Of a stretch of 64,000 nucleotides of DNA, positions 1-13,397 are shown one piece after another. The stretch comes from Octopus sinensis (Eukaryota), in NCBI RefSeq assembly GCF_006345805.1, contig NC_043015.1:3720001-3784000 (forward strand), read 5' to 3'. The notes under the pieces are model-generated. The model worked only from the letters and a program-made list of their open reading frames with translations, was not told the origin of the DNA and did not search any database. Each line of letters opens with the position of its first letter. The stretch's first letter is position 1. The translations under genes and the position numbers were made by a program.

Positions 1-249
1 TAAAAAAATATACATATAACACCTTGTTTATGAATGTGAGATAACAGTTTGATAAATGTAGCTGCGCTCAGACGTCCTCAATCCCGCCTGTAACATAAGG
101 CATATGTTTCTGTCCCCCTTTTGGGAAGATCTTCCGACATCATCTTGGTATTTGCCACTAGCTTGTCTTTGGTTTTGCAGGTGGAACCGTTGCTGTCTTA
201 CTCATGCGATTACAATTGGAGGTATTTGGTTGCCAAAAATTGGCACTCC

Positions 250-430
250 TGCTTCTTATACTTTCTGGAAGTATAACAAGGAGCATCGCGTTGACGTCTG
301 AATGTAGTCCAACAGCATCTGGATGAAATCCAGCATGCAGAGGCAACCCGAACGCCTGCTGTGTACATCCCTGCTGGCTGCACCAGTTTGTCTCCTTCAG
401 CTTTCCATGTCACATATTTCAACTTGTACT
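250..430 (+). pseudogene. Decayed pogo/Tigger-like DDE transposase fragment
   Basis: Frame-shifted reading gives ...LLLILSGS...AVYIPAGCTSL..LQ..HVTYFN, resembling the pogo DDE_1 motif (LLILD...IPxGCTSxxQPLDVxxN). No TIRs seen. Confidence 0.3.
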
Positions 431-3400
431 ATGTATACAAGGCATTCAACAAGAGCCATAATGCCGGCACTTTGACACCCGGCACGAACACTCGTTATAC
501 AGGTAACTAGTTGCTGATATTAACATGACTTAACCACCTGTCTATCAGGTAACCTCTTCCAACGCAACTTTAATGTTTATGCTTTCCAATACAGTTGGCA
601 TTTCAACTGTGTATAGGATATATGAAAATCGTCATTTGTAGTCCGAACACCGTGTATATGCACACACGCAGAAATGTTAAACAGAATCACAAACATATAT
701 ATTCAGAAGCACACACAAATGTTTGTGTATATAAGTGTGATGCATATATGCACATAAAGGAAGCGGGTGAATGCAATGGAAACTCACTAAATAATAGGAA
801 AAACTCGTCACACACTGAGTTACACGCACCTATGCACATGCATCCTCAGGGATAAAGGCAAATTCGTGATAAATGACAGGCAAAGCGCTCCAAGTTGAAA
901 ACATTTGTTTAGCTCGGGTCAAAGAAGCCACGTACGAATTAGCGATCTCTACTATTCTACACAAATATCGTTAAAGCCATACGCCAGCAGCCTACGGTCA
1001 ACGATACGCACACACACACGCCAACACACAGACACACACAAACGCAAAGAGACAAGCATATAAACACGATCATTCCCGTACAGCAAATACAGTAATCGTG
1101 TTGGTACGATATATTACTCTGAAAACGGAAGAACTTGCTAGAAAAAAAGAAAGAAAAAAGAAACAGATACACATATTCAACAAATATACTTTCGAACAGT
1201 TCTTAAAACCAAGACACTATCATGAAGGAACAAATACCCTTTCGCATACATACATGGGACGCCGTAGAGTTTCATGTCGATTATTCCTCTCACAAATTAC
1301 ACTCAGTAACACAATAAATCACTCATATACACTATAAACCTCGACATAAATTATAAAGAAAATACGACGCATTAATATTAATTTTACCTATATATTGTAA
1401 TTTTGAGGGTGGCACCGAAACAAACAAGGGTATACTTGTCGGACTCCCCATGAACTACACCTCCCAGGTGTAGAAAATTTAGATATTCACACAGTTGTGG
1501 TCACAAGTCTGTTTCTCTCCCCACCTCTATCTCTGTGTGTGTATGTCTCTCTCTCTTTCTCTATCTATCTATCTGTCCATCTGTATCTCTCCCCACCTCT
1601 ATCTCTGTGTGTGTGTCTCTCTCTCTTTCTCTATCTATCTATATGTCCATTTGTATCTCTTTCTTACTCTTTCTTATTATTTATCTATCTCTGTATATAT
1701 TTATCTGTCTATCTTTTTCTGTCACTCATTATTTCCCTCTATCTATCTATTTATCTATCTCTTATGGTTCTATCTAGCCATTCATTTATGCATTTATATA
1801 TGTGTGTGTAGAACCATATGTGGTATTCCAATATAGCATATGGTGCACAAAAGCCACAGTAAGTAATGTGTTTGAGAACATTCAGTATTAACGTATGCCA
1901 AAAATAAGAGAAGCATTGCAGTATAGAAATCAGAATATTAAAAACGAAGCAAGAAAAATATTTTCTGACAAACAGCATCTAATGGAACAGAGGATGCAAG
2001 GATGTTTTTATGATTGCTGTAACTACTAAAATCCTTAAAATACTCGCTGATGTGTATCTTTTTTAATATTGAAAGTAGTGCGCCTGATTTTAAAACACTA
2101 CTTTGCAGAAAAGATAAGCAAGAACTCTGGAAAAACTTTCAAAAATAATTAAAATACTTTGAAGGAAAATTCTGTTAGAAGACATCAGATGCGTTCACTT
2201 CCTGGGAAATATTATATTAACACTAACCTAAAATTGCTGGCCTTGTGCCAAACTTTGAAACCAGTATGGCAAATATGTCTTTATCTTACGTATCAAATAA
2301 CAAAATTTTGTTGTTTGGTTAAAGAAATATCTGTAAATTTAATTTCAATTTCCTTCATTTTCTTCTTTAAAAGATACAAGCCCGGAAAAAAAACGCGTGG
2401 AATTAAAATTAAAATAAAGAAATTACACGAAACTCGGGAAGATTTGCTTGTTGCATAGATGTGTGCAGAACATTTGGTTATATAATTATATCCTTTTTTT
2501 TAAAGTCGGTGCAGAGTACTCGCATCATAAGCGTTGTTTACGATTGAGTATAATATTCCGTCTAATTAAGGCATTGGCTCAGTATCAGTAAGTGAGCTGA
2601 TTTTGTGTCCAGGAGGGAATATTTTAGTGCATGTGGTGTGTTGTTTACAAAGGTAAAATTTTATGTTTTTTGACAAATTTAGCTACAAAGTATCAAAAAT
2701 TAGTAAACACATATGTTGTAATGACTTGACAGCTTTCCGGGAGAGAACTGTGTTTTTTTGGGTTTTTTTATGTGTAATAATATGTGAGTCTCCGCGACAA
2801 CAGTGACCATCGTATTGAGAATATATGTTCTTCCTACCGTCGTTTCTTAACATAACAGAGCCGACCTCGCAAAGTTCCGCGTTATTATTTCTTATTTAAT
2901 TTCATTTTTATTCTTTCTTCCTCCTCTTTTTCCTTCATTTAGAAACCGTTTACAAAACAAAAAAAGTGTACACTGCATAATTTTGAGGTAATTTTATTTC
3001 CTCTGTCATTTAATACTCATCATGGTGTATTGTTTCTATTACCAATTATTTTCCTATATCACTCATTCACTGATATTTTCAATGTGCTTTCAGGAAAAAC
3101 GGAAAATCCTCTCAGATCAAGAGCTGAAATATAATGGGTTACGTTCATCAATGTTCATATCCGTAAATATTTTCGACAAGATTATTGGAAGGAAAGTTGT
3201 AGAAGAATTTTTGATGAAAGGAACCTCAATTTATCCTATCACACTGTTTTTTTCTTTAACAATAAATATACGTGCATATAAGTCACAGATATAGATAATA
3301 GATAGATAGATAGATAGATAGATAAATACAGATAACTATATATATAGACAGATAGGTACATATATAGATACATGCATACATACATACCTTCATGCGTACA

Positions 3401-4734
3401 TACATACACAGATAAAGTGTGTCTGTCTGCATTTGCACGTTTGCCTAAACGTGTATGTTTTTGGACTTGTCTGAATTGTTTCGAATTTATTTTTTTCTAT
3501 TTTCAAATAATGAAAAAAATTCAATTTCTCTGTCACGTTCTTGAATATAAATGTACATGTACTGTTTATGAGTGTAGTTGTAAAATCAATCTTGTTTTTA
3601 CTTAACATGTTTCGTTTGACATCTCTGTTCTTATATTTATGTTCAAAATTTATTCGGATCCATTTCTAAGACAAGAAAGCATGTTAAGAAGGAACGCAAT
3701 GTAAAGAAACATAAATAAATAAATAAATAAATAAATAAATAGAATATGTCCATAAATGAGAAACCTTAAACATCCTCTGGTATATGTACAAAACTTCAGC
3801 ATTCCTGAGGCAAATATTACAAAGTAATTGGAAAAGAATGTAATCCATTCAGTTGCCTTCAAATGAATTTCCAAAGCCACCCAAGAGAGCTTTACGTTAC
3901 GTCCGACTCCATAAACGGTGAACCACCACAAAAGCAAGGAAACAGACTTAACAGTTGCAAGAGCAACAACAAGAACAACAACGTGAACAACAACAATAAT
4001 ATCAGTATCAGCATCAACACCAATAATGATAATAATTATATTGTATTAAAACTTTAACACAAGGCCACCTGTCGAGAGTCATGTGGTCCAGGGTCATGTG
4101 GTCGATTCACATGTCGAGAGTCATGTGGTCGATTCATATGATTCATATATTGTGCATCATGAAAAAATGAAAGGCAAATTCGAACGCGTTGGTGTTGAAT
4201 TCAGAACGTAAAACCTAAAAAAAAAAAAAACATTACGAATAACAAAATAATCTAACTATTTTTAAATAGAAGGAAATGTAATGTGTGCCATGTTGCTAAG
4301 GCTTGGGAAAGAAGAGTAAAATAAGAGACTGCGTGGAAGTGGGTTGCATTGAGAGGTATTCAAAAGCGGGCGAACAACATTCAAACGTTTTACTTTAAAG
4401 ACGCTATTTTAATCAAAATAATACTGCATTTTTTATCGTATGTTGTATTCATTTTATCCCTTTCACACATGAGAACGCGCGCACACCAGCACACATACAC
4501 ACACCCACAGAAATACACACTTTATCACGCACACACGCATCACACACACACACACACACTAATGTACATAAGAAATCAAATATTAAACATTTTGTTTTCA
4601 AAACATTATCGCTTACGTACCATATGTATAAGCGATATGTGAACGTCAATGAATGTATACATATATATAAACAGACAGAGTTGGAATTTCTTCGAACACT
4701 ATATATATCCCTCTATACACAATCATACAAACCC

Positions 4735-5055
<321 letters not shown>

Positions 5056-5137
5056 GGTCCCAGGTTGAGTCGGGGTTAACCACAGTAAATAAGGTACTCA
5101 ATACATAGCAGAGTAAATTAATTTATTATATAGAAGG

Positions 5138-5188
5138 AGCTTCTACAGGACTAGAACTGTTTCATTCAAAATAAATCATCAGGAAGCT
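5138..5188 (-). ncRNA. Minimal type I hammerhead ribozyme (left arm)
   Basis: Minus strand: AGCTTC-CTGATGA-tttattttgaat-GAA-ACAG-ttctagtc-CTGT-A-GAAGCT. Stem I 6 bp, stem III 4 bp, GUA site; stem II weak. Confidence 0.7.
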
Positions 5189-5276
5189 AGTAGACAAGAG
5201 TTGTTTTGGCATTTATACATTTAGGCAGGTTTAAACCTGCCTAAATGTATAAATGCCAAAACAACTCTTGTCTACT

Positions 5277-5327
5277 AGCTTCCTGATGATTTCTTTTGAA
5301 TGAAACAGTTCTAGTCATGTAGAAGCT
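5277..5327 (+). ncRNA. Minimal type I hammerhead ribozyme (right arm)
   Basis: AGCTTC-CTGATGA-tTTCttttGAAt-GAA-ACA-gttctagtca-TGT-A-GAAGCT. GUA site; one stem III pair lost. Confidence 0.7.
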
Positions 5328-5503
5328 CCTTCTATATAATATATATATATATATATATATACGAAGCGGGAGAGGAAGACAGAGAGAGGGAGAGAGAAAG
5401 AGAGTATGCGTAAGAGACATAAATGAGAAACATGTATATAATAACTGTATGTAAACATATGTATATATATATATATATATTATATATATATATATATATA
5501 ATA

Positions 5504-5542
<39 letters not shown>

Positions 5543-5721
5543 CATATATTCAGAGAGACAGAGAGAGAGATACGTACATTTATACATGGATAGATGTGTG
5601 TATTTGCCCTTGTTTACAATTAATACGAAAAAAAATTCATTTATTTATAAGGTAGCATAATATCACACAAGTAAAAGGAGCGTAACACATTGTTGTTAAA
5701 GGTTTATATGAAATATTTTGT

Positions 5722-5880
5722 AGGCGTAGGAGTTGTATGTGTGGTAAGTAGATTGCTTACGAACCACATGGTGCTGGGTTCAGTCCCACTGCGTGGCATC
5801 TTGGGCAATTGTTTGTAGATTGGGCCTTGTTTGGGCCTTGTGAGTAGATTTGGCAGATGGAAACTGAAAGTAGCCCGTCG
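5722..5880 (+). mobile_element. tRNA-derived SINE, 5' half (family A head)
   Basis: B-box-like GGTTCAGTCC at 5777-5786 and a CTTGGGCAA core, followed by (TA)n. Same head occurs on the minus strand at ~40835-40895. Confidence 0.8.
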
Positions 5881-5882
5881 TG

Positions 5883-5913
<31 letters not shown>

Positions 5914-5958
5914 GTACATATGTGTATATACCTATATATATATATAATATATATATAT

Positions 5959-5990
<32 letters not shown>

Positions 5991-6098
5991 ATATTATATA
6001 TATATATATAGATATATATATATATATATATCTATATATATATATATGTATATATTTATATATATATATATATTATATATATATATATATATATATGT

Positions 6099-6435
6099 GA
6101 AGGCGCATGGCTCAGTGATAAGAGCGTCGAGCTTACGATCGTGAGGTTGTGAGCTCGAATCCCGGAGCGAGCTGCGTGTTGTGTTCTTGAGCAAGACACT
6201 TTACTTCGCGCTGCTTCAGTTCACTCAGCTGTAGAAATGAGTTGCGACGTCACTGGTGCCAAGCTGTATCGACCTTTGTCCTTCCCTTGGATAACACTGG
6301 TGTTGTGGAGAGGGGAGACCGGTATGCATGGGCGACTGCTGTTCTTCCATAAACAACCTTGCCCGGACTTGTGTCTGGGGGGGGTAACTTTCTAGGTGCA
6401 ATCCCAAGGTCTGTGTCGTGACCGAAGGGGATCTC
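6099..6435 (+). mobile_element. tRNA-derived SINE (family B) inserted in (TA)n
   Basis: A box TGGCTCAGTGAT (6108-6119), B-box-like AGCTCGAATCCC (6152-6163), TTGAGCAAGACACTTTA core. Its tail recurs inverted at 33.6 and 33.9 kb. Confidence 0.85.
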
Positions 6436-6452
6436 TGATATATATATGTATA

Positions 6453-6492
<40 letters not shown>

Positions 6493-6544
6493 CATATATA
6501 TATATATATATGTATATATTTATATATGTGTGTGTGTGTGTGTA

Positions 6545-6705
6545 AATGTGTGTGTGTCTGTGTGTCTATCTCGCAACATCGATTGCCAACAGATGGTGGT
6601 ATGTTTGCTACCCCATAACTTAGAGTAGAATACTAGGCTTACAAATAATAAGTCATTGGATCGATTTGTTCGACTAAAGATTGAAGTAAAATAATTTGAA
6701 TGGCA
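6545..6705 (+). mobile_element. SINE family A 3' half
   Basis: Similar to the tails at 40500-40700 (-), 19995-20145 (-) and 52340-52540 (+). Confidence 0.65.
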
Positions 6706-6734
6706 CATGCAGTTAACTACATTTATTTATTTAT

Positions 6735-6890
6735 ATCTATTACTCTTTACTCATTACTTATTTCGGTTATTTGACTGTGGCCATACTGGAGCACCACCTT
6801 TAGTCAAACAAATCTTCCCTATGAGTTATTATTTGTAAGCCTACTATTCTACGCTAAGTTACAAGGACGTAAACATAACACCATCGGACG
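6735..6890 (-). mobile_element. SINE family A 3' tail, inverted
   Basis: GACTGTGGCCATACTGGAGCACCACCTTTAGTC matches the tail at 40525-40560. Confidence 0.7.
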
Positions 6891-6953
6891 TACCCTTTTC
6901 TATCATTATTCATCATTTAAACTCTCGGCATTTTTGACGACATAGGTATGCTA

Positions 6954-6954
<1 letters not shown>

Positions 6955-7015
<61 letters not shown>

Positions 7016-7018
7016 GAA

Positions 7019-7069
<51 letters not shown>

Positions 7070-7089
7070 GAAAATAATAATAATAATAG

Positions 7090-7180
<91 letters not shown>
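6955..7180. repeat. (AAT)n microsatellite
   Basis: Direct reading. Confidence 0.97.
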
Positions 7181-7182
<2 letters not shown>

Positions 7183-7194
7183 CCCGAAGGCACC

Positions 7195-7530
7195 TTCGAA
7201 AATAAAAATGTGATTCAGTGCAACCGTAAGATAGAGAATAGGAAACCAAACTATGCTGGATCATAGCTATTGCATTCCTAGCTGGCAAAAAGTTATGCGA
7301 TGAGGAAGAATAGTAAGTCGATAAATATGAGAGGTTATCTTAGGAAGTTTTGTAGCTGTGGTCCATGAAAAAGTTAGCAGCTGTACCAATAATTGCCGGA
7401 GCCTTGGAAACGTTGATCGAGTCTTGGGAAGTACGTGGAAGAAATAGGGGCTGCAATAAGGGTGGATCACTTGCAGAAAACCGCACGACTTGCAACATCC
7501 CGAATACTAAGGAAGGTGCTCAAAAAATAA
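7195..7530 (+). mobile_element. Decayed R4/Dong LINE 3' fragment (RLE end)
   Basis: Translates to ...KKLAAVPIIAGALET...LQKTARLATSRILRKVLKK*, matching the C-terminus of the Dong copies in this window. AAT-rich repeats on both sides. Confidence 0.65.
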
Positions 7531-7607
7531 AAGGTGTTACTTTAGTTCAGTGGTTGGAACAGGTGCCACCGCTGCACATCTCCAGTGTGTGAAGCTGTGC
7601 AAAGGCA

Positions 7608-8070
<463 letters not shown>

Positions 8071-8084
8071 ATTTTGAACATTTG

Positions 8085-8240
8085 TGATTAGGCCAGATAT
8101 TTCAGAGGTAAGGCAAGCCGATTACAGTTCTCAACTGGTACTATTTTCTTTATCCCTAACTGATAAAAGGTAGGGTAATCGTCGGCGCCATTTGAACTTA
8201 ATACGTTGTACATAAAAACGGAGCAAAATTGGTTAAGTAT
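8085..8240 (-). mobile_element. tRNA-derived SINE (family C)
   Basis: Minus-strand head AAGGCGGCGAGATGGCAGAATTGTTAGCAC. Homologous copies at 20.8, 57.9, 60.0 and 60.7 kb. Confidence 0.7.
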
Positions 8241-9626
8241 TTTCCACATCGTGCTAACAATTCTGCCATCTCGCCGCCTTAAAATAGGCAGAATTTGCTG
8301 AATTTATTAATTAGGAAACAAAAAGAATCTATGATGAAGAAGAAAAAGACGACATCCTGCAGGGTAAAATGAAGGGGATGATGTAGGGGCCGAAGACACA
8401 TATAAACAACTTATGCTTTCTTTTCGCTACTGTAGTGATAAGGAAAAGTAGAAAATGGAAATTATAGAAACAAAAAACTGGAACAGAGCGAAGATGAAAA
8501 ATAAAAAAAAAGAGAATCTTTTACGTAAATTGACTCTTTAAAGCTTCAAGGAACTAATTAACTCATACTCTACTGTATCCAGGCAAAGTTTTTCTATTAG
8601 CGTTTCAAAGAATATGAAATTAATTGCATGCAAATTCTCCCAAGATTAATCTGAAGTATTTGCAGTTTAATAAAAGATATTTGAAAATTTATTCAAATTG
8701 ATGCTGCGTGGTTGGTTAATCAATCGCGATTTTCATCATATAACGTTATACATATTTATACATAGATGTTTGACGTAAGAACACGAATGTAAATTTCAAA
8801 GACAGAATCGTACAATTCCTCTTCCATGCTGCTCCCCAAAGAATTCATCGTACAACATGGAAAATAATTCAATATAATAATTCAATATAACGTAAAATCT
8901 CGCGTTTTCAACACTGAAACTGTTCAGGATAAGTACTTGACGCGAAATATCAAATAATGAATGACGTGCTAGAAATGCTACAATATATAGGTGACACGAC
9001 ACTCTCACATATTGAGTATACATAAGGCCACGTGGCATAATGCATCTTCTGTTGTCTATAAACTAACGCAATACCCCTTGATTAAATACCAATGATCAAA
9101 CCTACCCTCAACATTATTTGACGAAGAAATAGAGGTGACCTAGTTTCAATTCGAAAGAACTATATCACTAGTTTTCCTTTTCAAGTAGAACAATTTAGAC
9201 TACGTTTAATGCCTTCGGCATTTGTCGAATAAAGACGTGTTTGGAAAAATATCGATTAAAACCTATCATGCTTTAGCATTCTGAACACGCGCTTTAGTTT
9301 CAACAATAAAAATTGTCACTAAGATTCATTAGTGAGATACTGTGAAAAAGGCGAAATTATACATTTCATGTTAGGCAACTCAATTCAACACACAAGAATT
9401 CCCAAAACTCATTTCCTCAAATCTATGCTATATGAAGAATGTTTCCTGGTGTTTCTCTCATAAAAAATAGAAAAGATAAGATGGTATAGAGATCTTTACA
9501 AATCAGAAGGAGTATAGAGTAATATTAGATCAACTAAAATACGTTTCAGTTTTTCTCTCTCTGTCACTCTCCATCTCTCTATATATGAATATATATATAT
9601 TAATATATACATATTAATATATATGA

Positions 9627-9697
<71 letters not shown>

Positions 9698-9749
9698 TGC
9701 ATGCAGATATATGTACATACATACACACATACATACATATATATATATG

Positions 9750-9990
9750 AATATAGTTAATCCAAACAAGAAAACACAAAGAAGTAAAGAAAACACAACA
9801 ACGCGAGGACGTGGAACAAATAAAGTATTATTGGACGTTCAGGAAAGAAGGGAAGAAGGAGGGTTTAACGTTTCGAGCGGAGCTCTTCGTCGGAAACATA
9901 GGAGAAGGAAAGATCCCGAGAAGGGAAGACAGAGCAAAAAAAACGCCAGTGATACTCACGAGGTCGGGCTTAGACAACATAATGGAAAAA
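9750..9990 (-). mobile_element. Probable PLE 3' terminal fragment with hammerhead-like motif
   Basis: Minus strand CCGACGA-a-GAGC-tcc-GCTC-GAAACGTT...AACGTC; ends against (TA)n at ~9745. Confidence 0.5.
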
Positions 9991-10159
9991 CCTAGCATCA
10001 TAGCATCATAATTTGGACATATCTATAAAACTATCAAACGATTGTTTATTTTGATGTTTTGGGATTTTTTATTAGTGTTGTTTAATATGTGTTTTTTTTT
10101 AAATTGCTGTTTCTTTCTAGATATCATTAGGAAAATGTAATTAAATTTCACTAAAACTA

Positions 10160-11125
10160 CAGATCTATCGAACTTTCACAGAGGTTAAATAGTTGGTGCC
10201 CGCATGACAGACGCTACCGTAACAGCCAAAATTTTTGGTATAAGAAGAACAACTGTCTCGAAAGTGATGACAGCATTTGAGAACGAGGAATAAAACCTAC
10301 TCCTCAGAACAAATCTCTGGAAGAAGGCCAAAACTGTCAGAGAGCAACTGCCTGATTCTTACGCGGAGAGTTAGAAAGGTTCACAAAAGAACAGCTCCCA
10401 AAATTACTGCAAAGCTTAATGACCGCGTCCAGAACGCAGTTTCCACAAAACATGTTCGCTGGGAGCTGCACAACTTGATTTCATGGGCGGATTGCAATCA
10501 GAAAATCACTACTTTCAAAAACAATGGTTGGAAAGCGTTGAGATAAGAGTAAACTGTGAGAGAATGTTATTTCCACGGACGAGTCATCTTCCATCTTATT
10601 TGCGACCAGTGGCCGAGTATATTTGTGGAGACAGCCAAAAGAGGCATTTGACCCAGACTGCCTTCTTAAACATGTAGGAGGAGTTGTGATGATCTGGGGG
10701 TGGGGAAGCTATATCTTAGAAATCTACCTGCCCAATGATTTCCTTTCAGGTTTGAATTGATAGTCAAGGCTATTTAACATTTTATCAGATCAAATTCATC
10801 CTATGGTTCTGGAACATTTTCCGGAGGGAAACTCAATTTTCCATGATGACAATGCATCAATTCACACAGCTACATTTGTTACTGAATGGCACGAGAGACA
10901 TACTATTGAAGTTGAAGTCCCCAGACCTTCATATTATTGAACTTTTGGGTGCATTTTAGAAAAAAAAAAACATATTAAGAGTCGATATCCTCCACCTTCA
11001 TCACTAGAAGAACTGAATACTATTTGAGATTAAGAATGGAGAGAAATCTATTTGGAAGCATTTCAATCTTTGTACTGTTGCATAGCTCGTAGAATCCAAG
11101 CTATAATTACCGGGATGTGGGTCGA
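10160..11125 (+). mobile_element. Tc1-like DDE transposase pseudogene
   Basis: DLSNFHRG*IVGARM...SGRRPKLS...TAPKIT...VSTKHVRWELH HTH region, then degenerate (F)xDESS, VMIWG, FHDDNASIH and P-DL-IIE motifs. Many stops and frameshifts; TIRs not recognised. Confidence 0.85.
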
Positions 11126-11569
11126 TGTGCTTCAAAAGCACTAAAGAGGAGAGATGGGTAAAAAATGTGACACGAAGGAGGTACTAAAAGTGAGTAGCAA
11201 GCCTCAAAACGGAAGAATAATGAGTTATATTGAAGTTAAACCACAACCCACGCCAATATATTTTCAGCTTAAAAGGAGCATATTTTCAGCTTAAAATTAT
11301 CCTTTGTCGATAGTAGGTTCAGGGCTTCCATACCAGGGTCACCACTCAGACTGTAAGCTATCCCCAAAAGAGGTATTCCACATATTAAAGCATAATTAAT
11401 CAATACTACTAGATAAATATAACGAGGCTCTAGGTACATGCAACTTTGCTTTTTTACAAACATTCAGAATTTACCTCAGATGTAAATGCCACATATATCA
11501 CTATACAGTGAACATAAAGAATATCCTTAGGGAATCTCCAACTACCTCGTTTGGTTGGATGTTATCTTA

Positions 11570-12040
11570 TCTATTATATAAAATGCGTTCTGTCTGTCTG
11601 TGTGTGTGTATCGTCTAGGATCTCGGTCATCCTCCATCCGATTGCGCTCAAATCTGATATGTAAATACCGACGGTATCAGGGCGTATACAAGTCTTGAAA
11701 AAATTACAAAAATTGATTCCAGGTGAGAATGCGATCGATAAAGCTGTTGGAACGTGCATTTGTACGCGTAAGTACATCAGCTGTTGTGATCGATACTATG
11801 CGTACGCGAGAAAAGTGCACGTGAAGTTTGCGCTAAAAAGCTGGTTGGCTTGAAATAATGTCACAAAATGCCGTATATTTAAGAGACGACAAAAGTAAGA
11901 AGCGAAAGAGATATTGTCTTCAAATTTGGCATGAAGGAAGGAAAGAAAATTTGGTTTCTACAGAAGATATTTTTTTGGCCTTAACTTCGTTTAAAAAAAA
12001 AAAAAACTTTTATTGAAATAAAGACATGCTTAATTAATTT
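11570..12040 (+). mobile_element. Candidate non-autonomous Helitron 5' end
   Basis: A|TCTATTATATAAAATGCG followed by (TCTG)n/(TG)n, typical of non-autonomous Helitron 5' termini. Right boundary uncertain. Confidence 0.45.
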
Positions 12041-13331
12041 CTAATGAAAAGAAAACACTGTTTACTTTTAATTCAAAGAAGAAAATACTATTTTCATGCT
12101 AATAAATGTTTTTTGTTGCCTTATAGATTTAAAAGAAAACAAAAGTGCACACTTGTATACGCACAAAATTATGGAATAGTAAAAATGTTAGCCGACTGTA
12201 ACTTATTTCCTTCTGTAGAACTAATTAAAATTCTGGTACATAATTTATTTTCGTATATATTATTATCTTGTGTGTAAGAAATAGTATAGATTATAATAAT
12301 TGTAACTTCATACATTTGTTGAACATCACTATTTAGCAGAAACTTCTAAGTGAATAAATTGTTGAATATGTTTTTAATGAATTTAGTGCCTTAATATAAT
12401 GTATCCTTATTTATTTATTTTCATGAGATTATATAGTAATTCTAAATAAAATATATTTCTTACTCCACCATAAATTCTTAATCGTATTATATAGATCTTA
12501 TTATAGAATAAAATGAATGGTCTGTCATGTTTTCCGATGAAAATATCTTCAAATTAACATTACAGGGGATGCATAAGAACATGTTATGTAAGTTACAATT
12601 AGTATTCAATTTATATTATATACTTGGAAGTTTTATTATATTTATTATGTTTTTGAATTATTAAAGCTTACGCTTGTAAATATGGGAATATTGTGAATAA
12701 TTATTTTCTTATAAATAAGCAGTCCATGCATGGAATTTTTGTCTGTTTCTTTTAACAAATATTATCTTGAAGAATCTCATAAGAATAATTCAGAAATTTT
12801 ATATATTCACTTGAGGATATAGGTTCAAAACAATTGTTGGATTTATATTTATTTTAATAATTGGATTTATTATATACTTTTATAGTATAATTATATGTTA
12901 TTATAATGTAAATAAATTTGAATATGTCAACGTTGTTTCCCTATTTCCTTTCATATTTTTACATTGCAATTGTACCAATATTTGTGGTATTCAACAGAAG
13001 AATCCCGGAAAATTGGATTTCTCAATCACTTCGAAGGAAATGGTTTTGTTCCTTGATTTGATTTATAATTGCATATTAATTATATGCGAGGATACATAAA
13101 CGGCAATTGACGTTTACCATGATAATGTAAACAAAATTTGGAAGGACGGGATATATAACAGTTTTTTAGAAACCACAACATTTCGAACGCAGCAGAGTTG
13201 TGAAGAAGCCATGTTTCTCTGTATATACATACATACACATACATGCATACATGCATCCATACATACATACATACATACATACATACATACATACATACAC
13301 ACATACATACATACATACATACATACATATT

Positions 13332-13363
<32 letters not shown>

Positions 13364-13397
13364 ATATATATAATATATATATATATATAAATTTAAC

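Larger units (their letters stand above)
5053..5340 (-). mobile_element. PLE-type 3' terminal fragment with 108-bp fold-back (216-bp palindrome 5125-5340), between (TA)n tracts
   Basis: 5125-5232 is the reverse complement of 5233-5340 with 2 mismatches and no loop (centre AGGTTT|AAACCT). Each arm holds a hammerhead core. (TA)n on both sides. Confidence 0.75.

Noticed and set aside
12510-12600. WSVMFSDE Tc1-like motif and a micro-exon-like AG...GTAAGT
   Set aside because: Motif spacing is off and there is no supporting context; expected by chance in AT-rich DNA.
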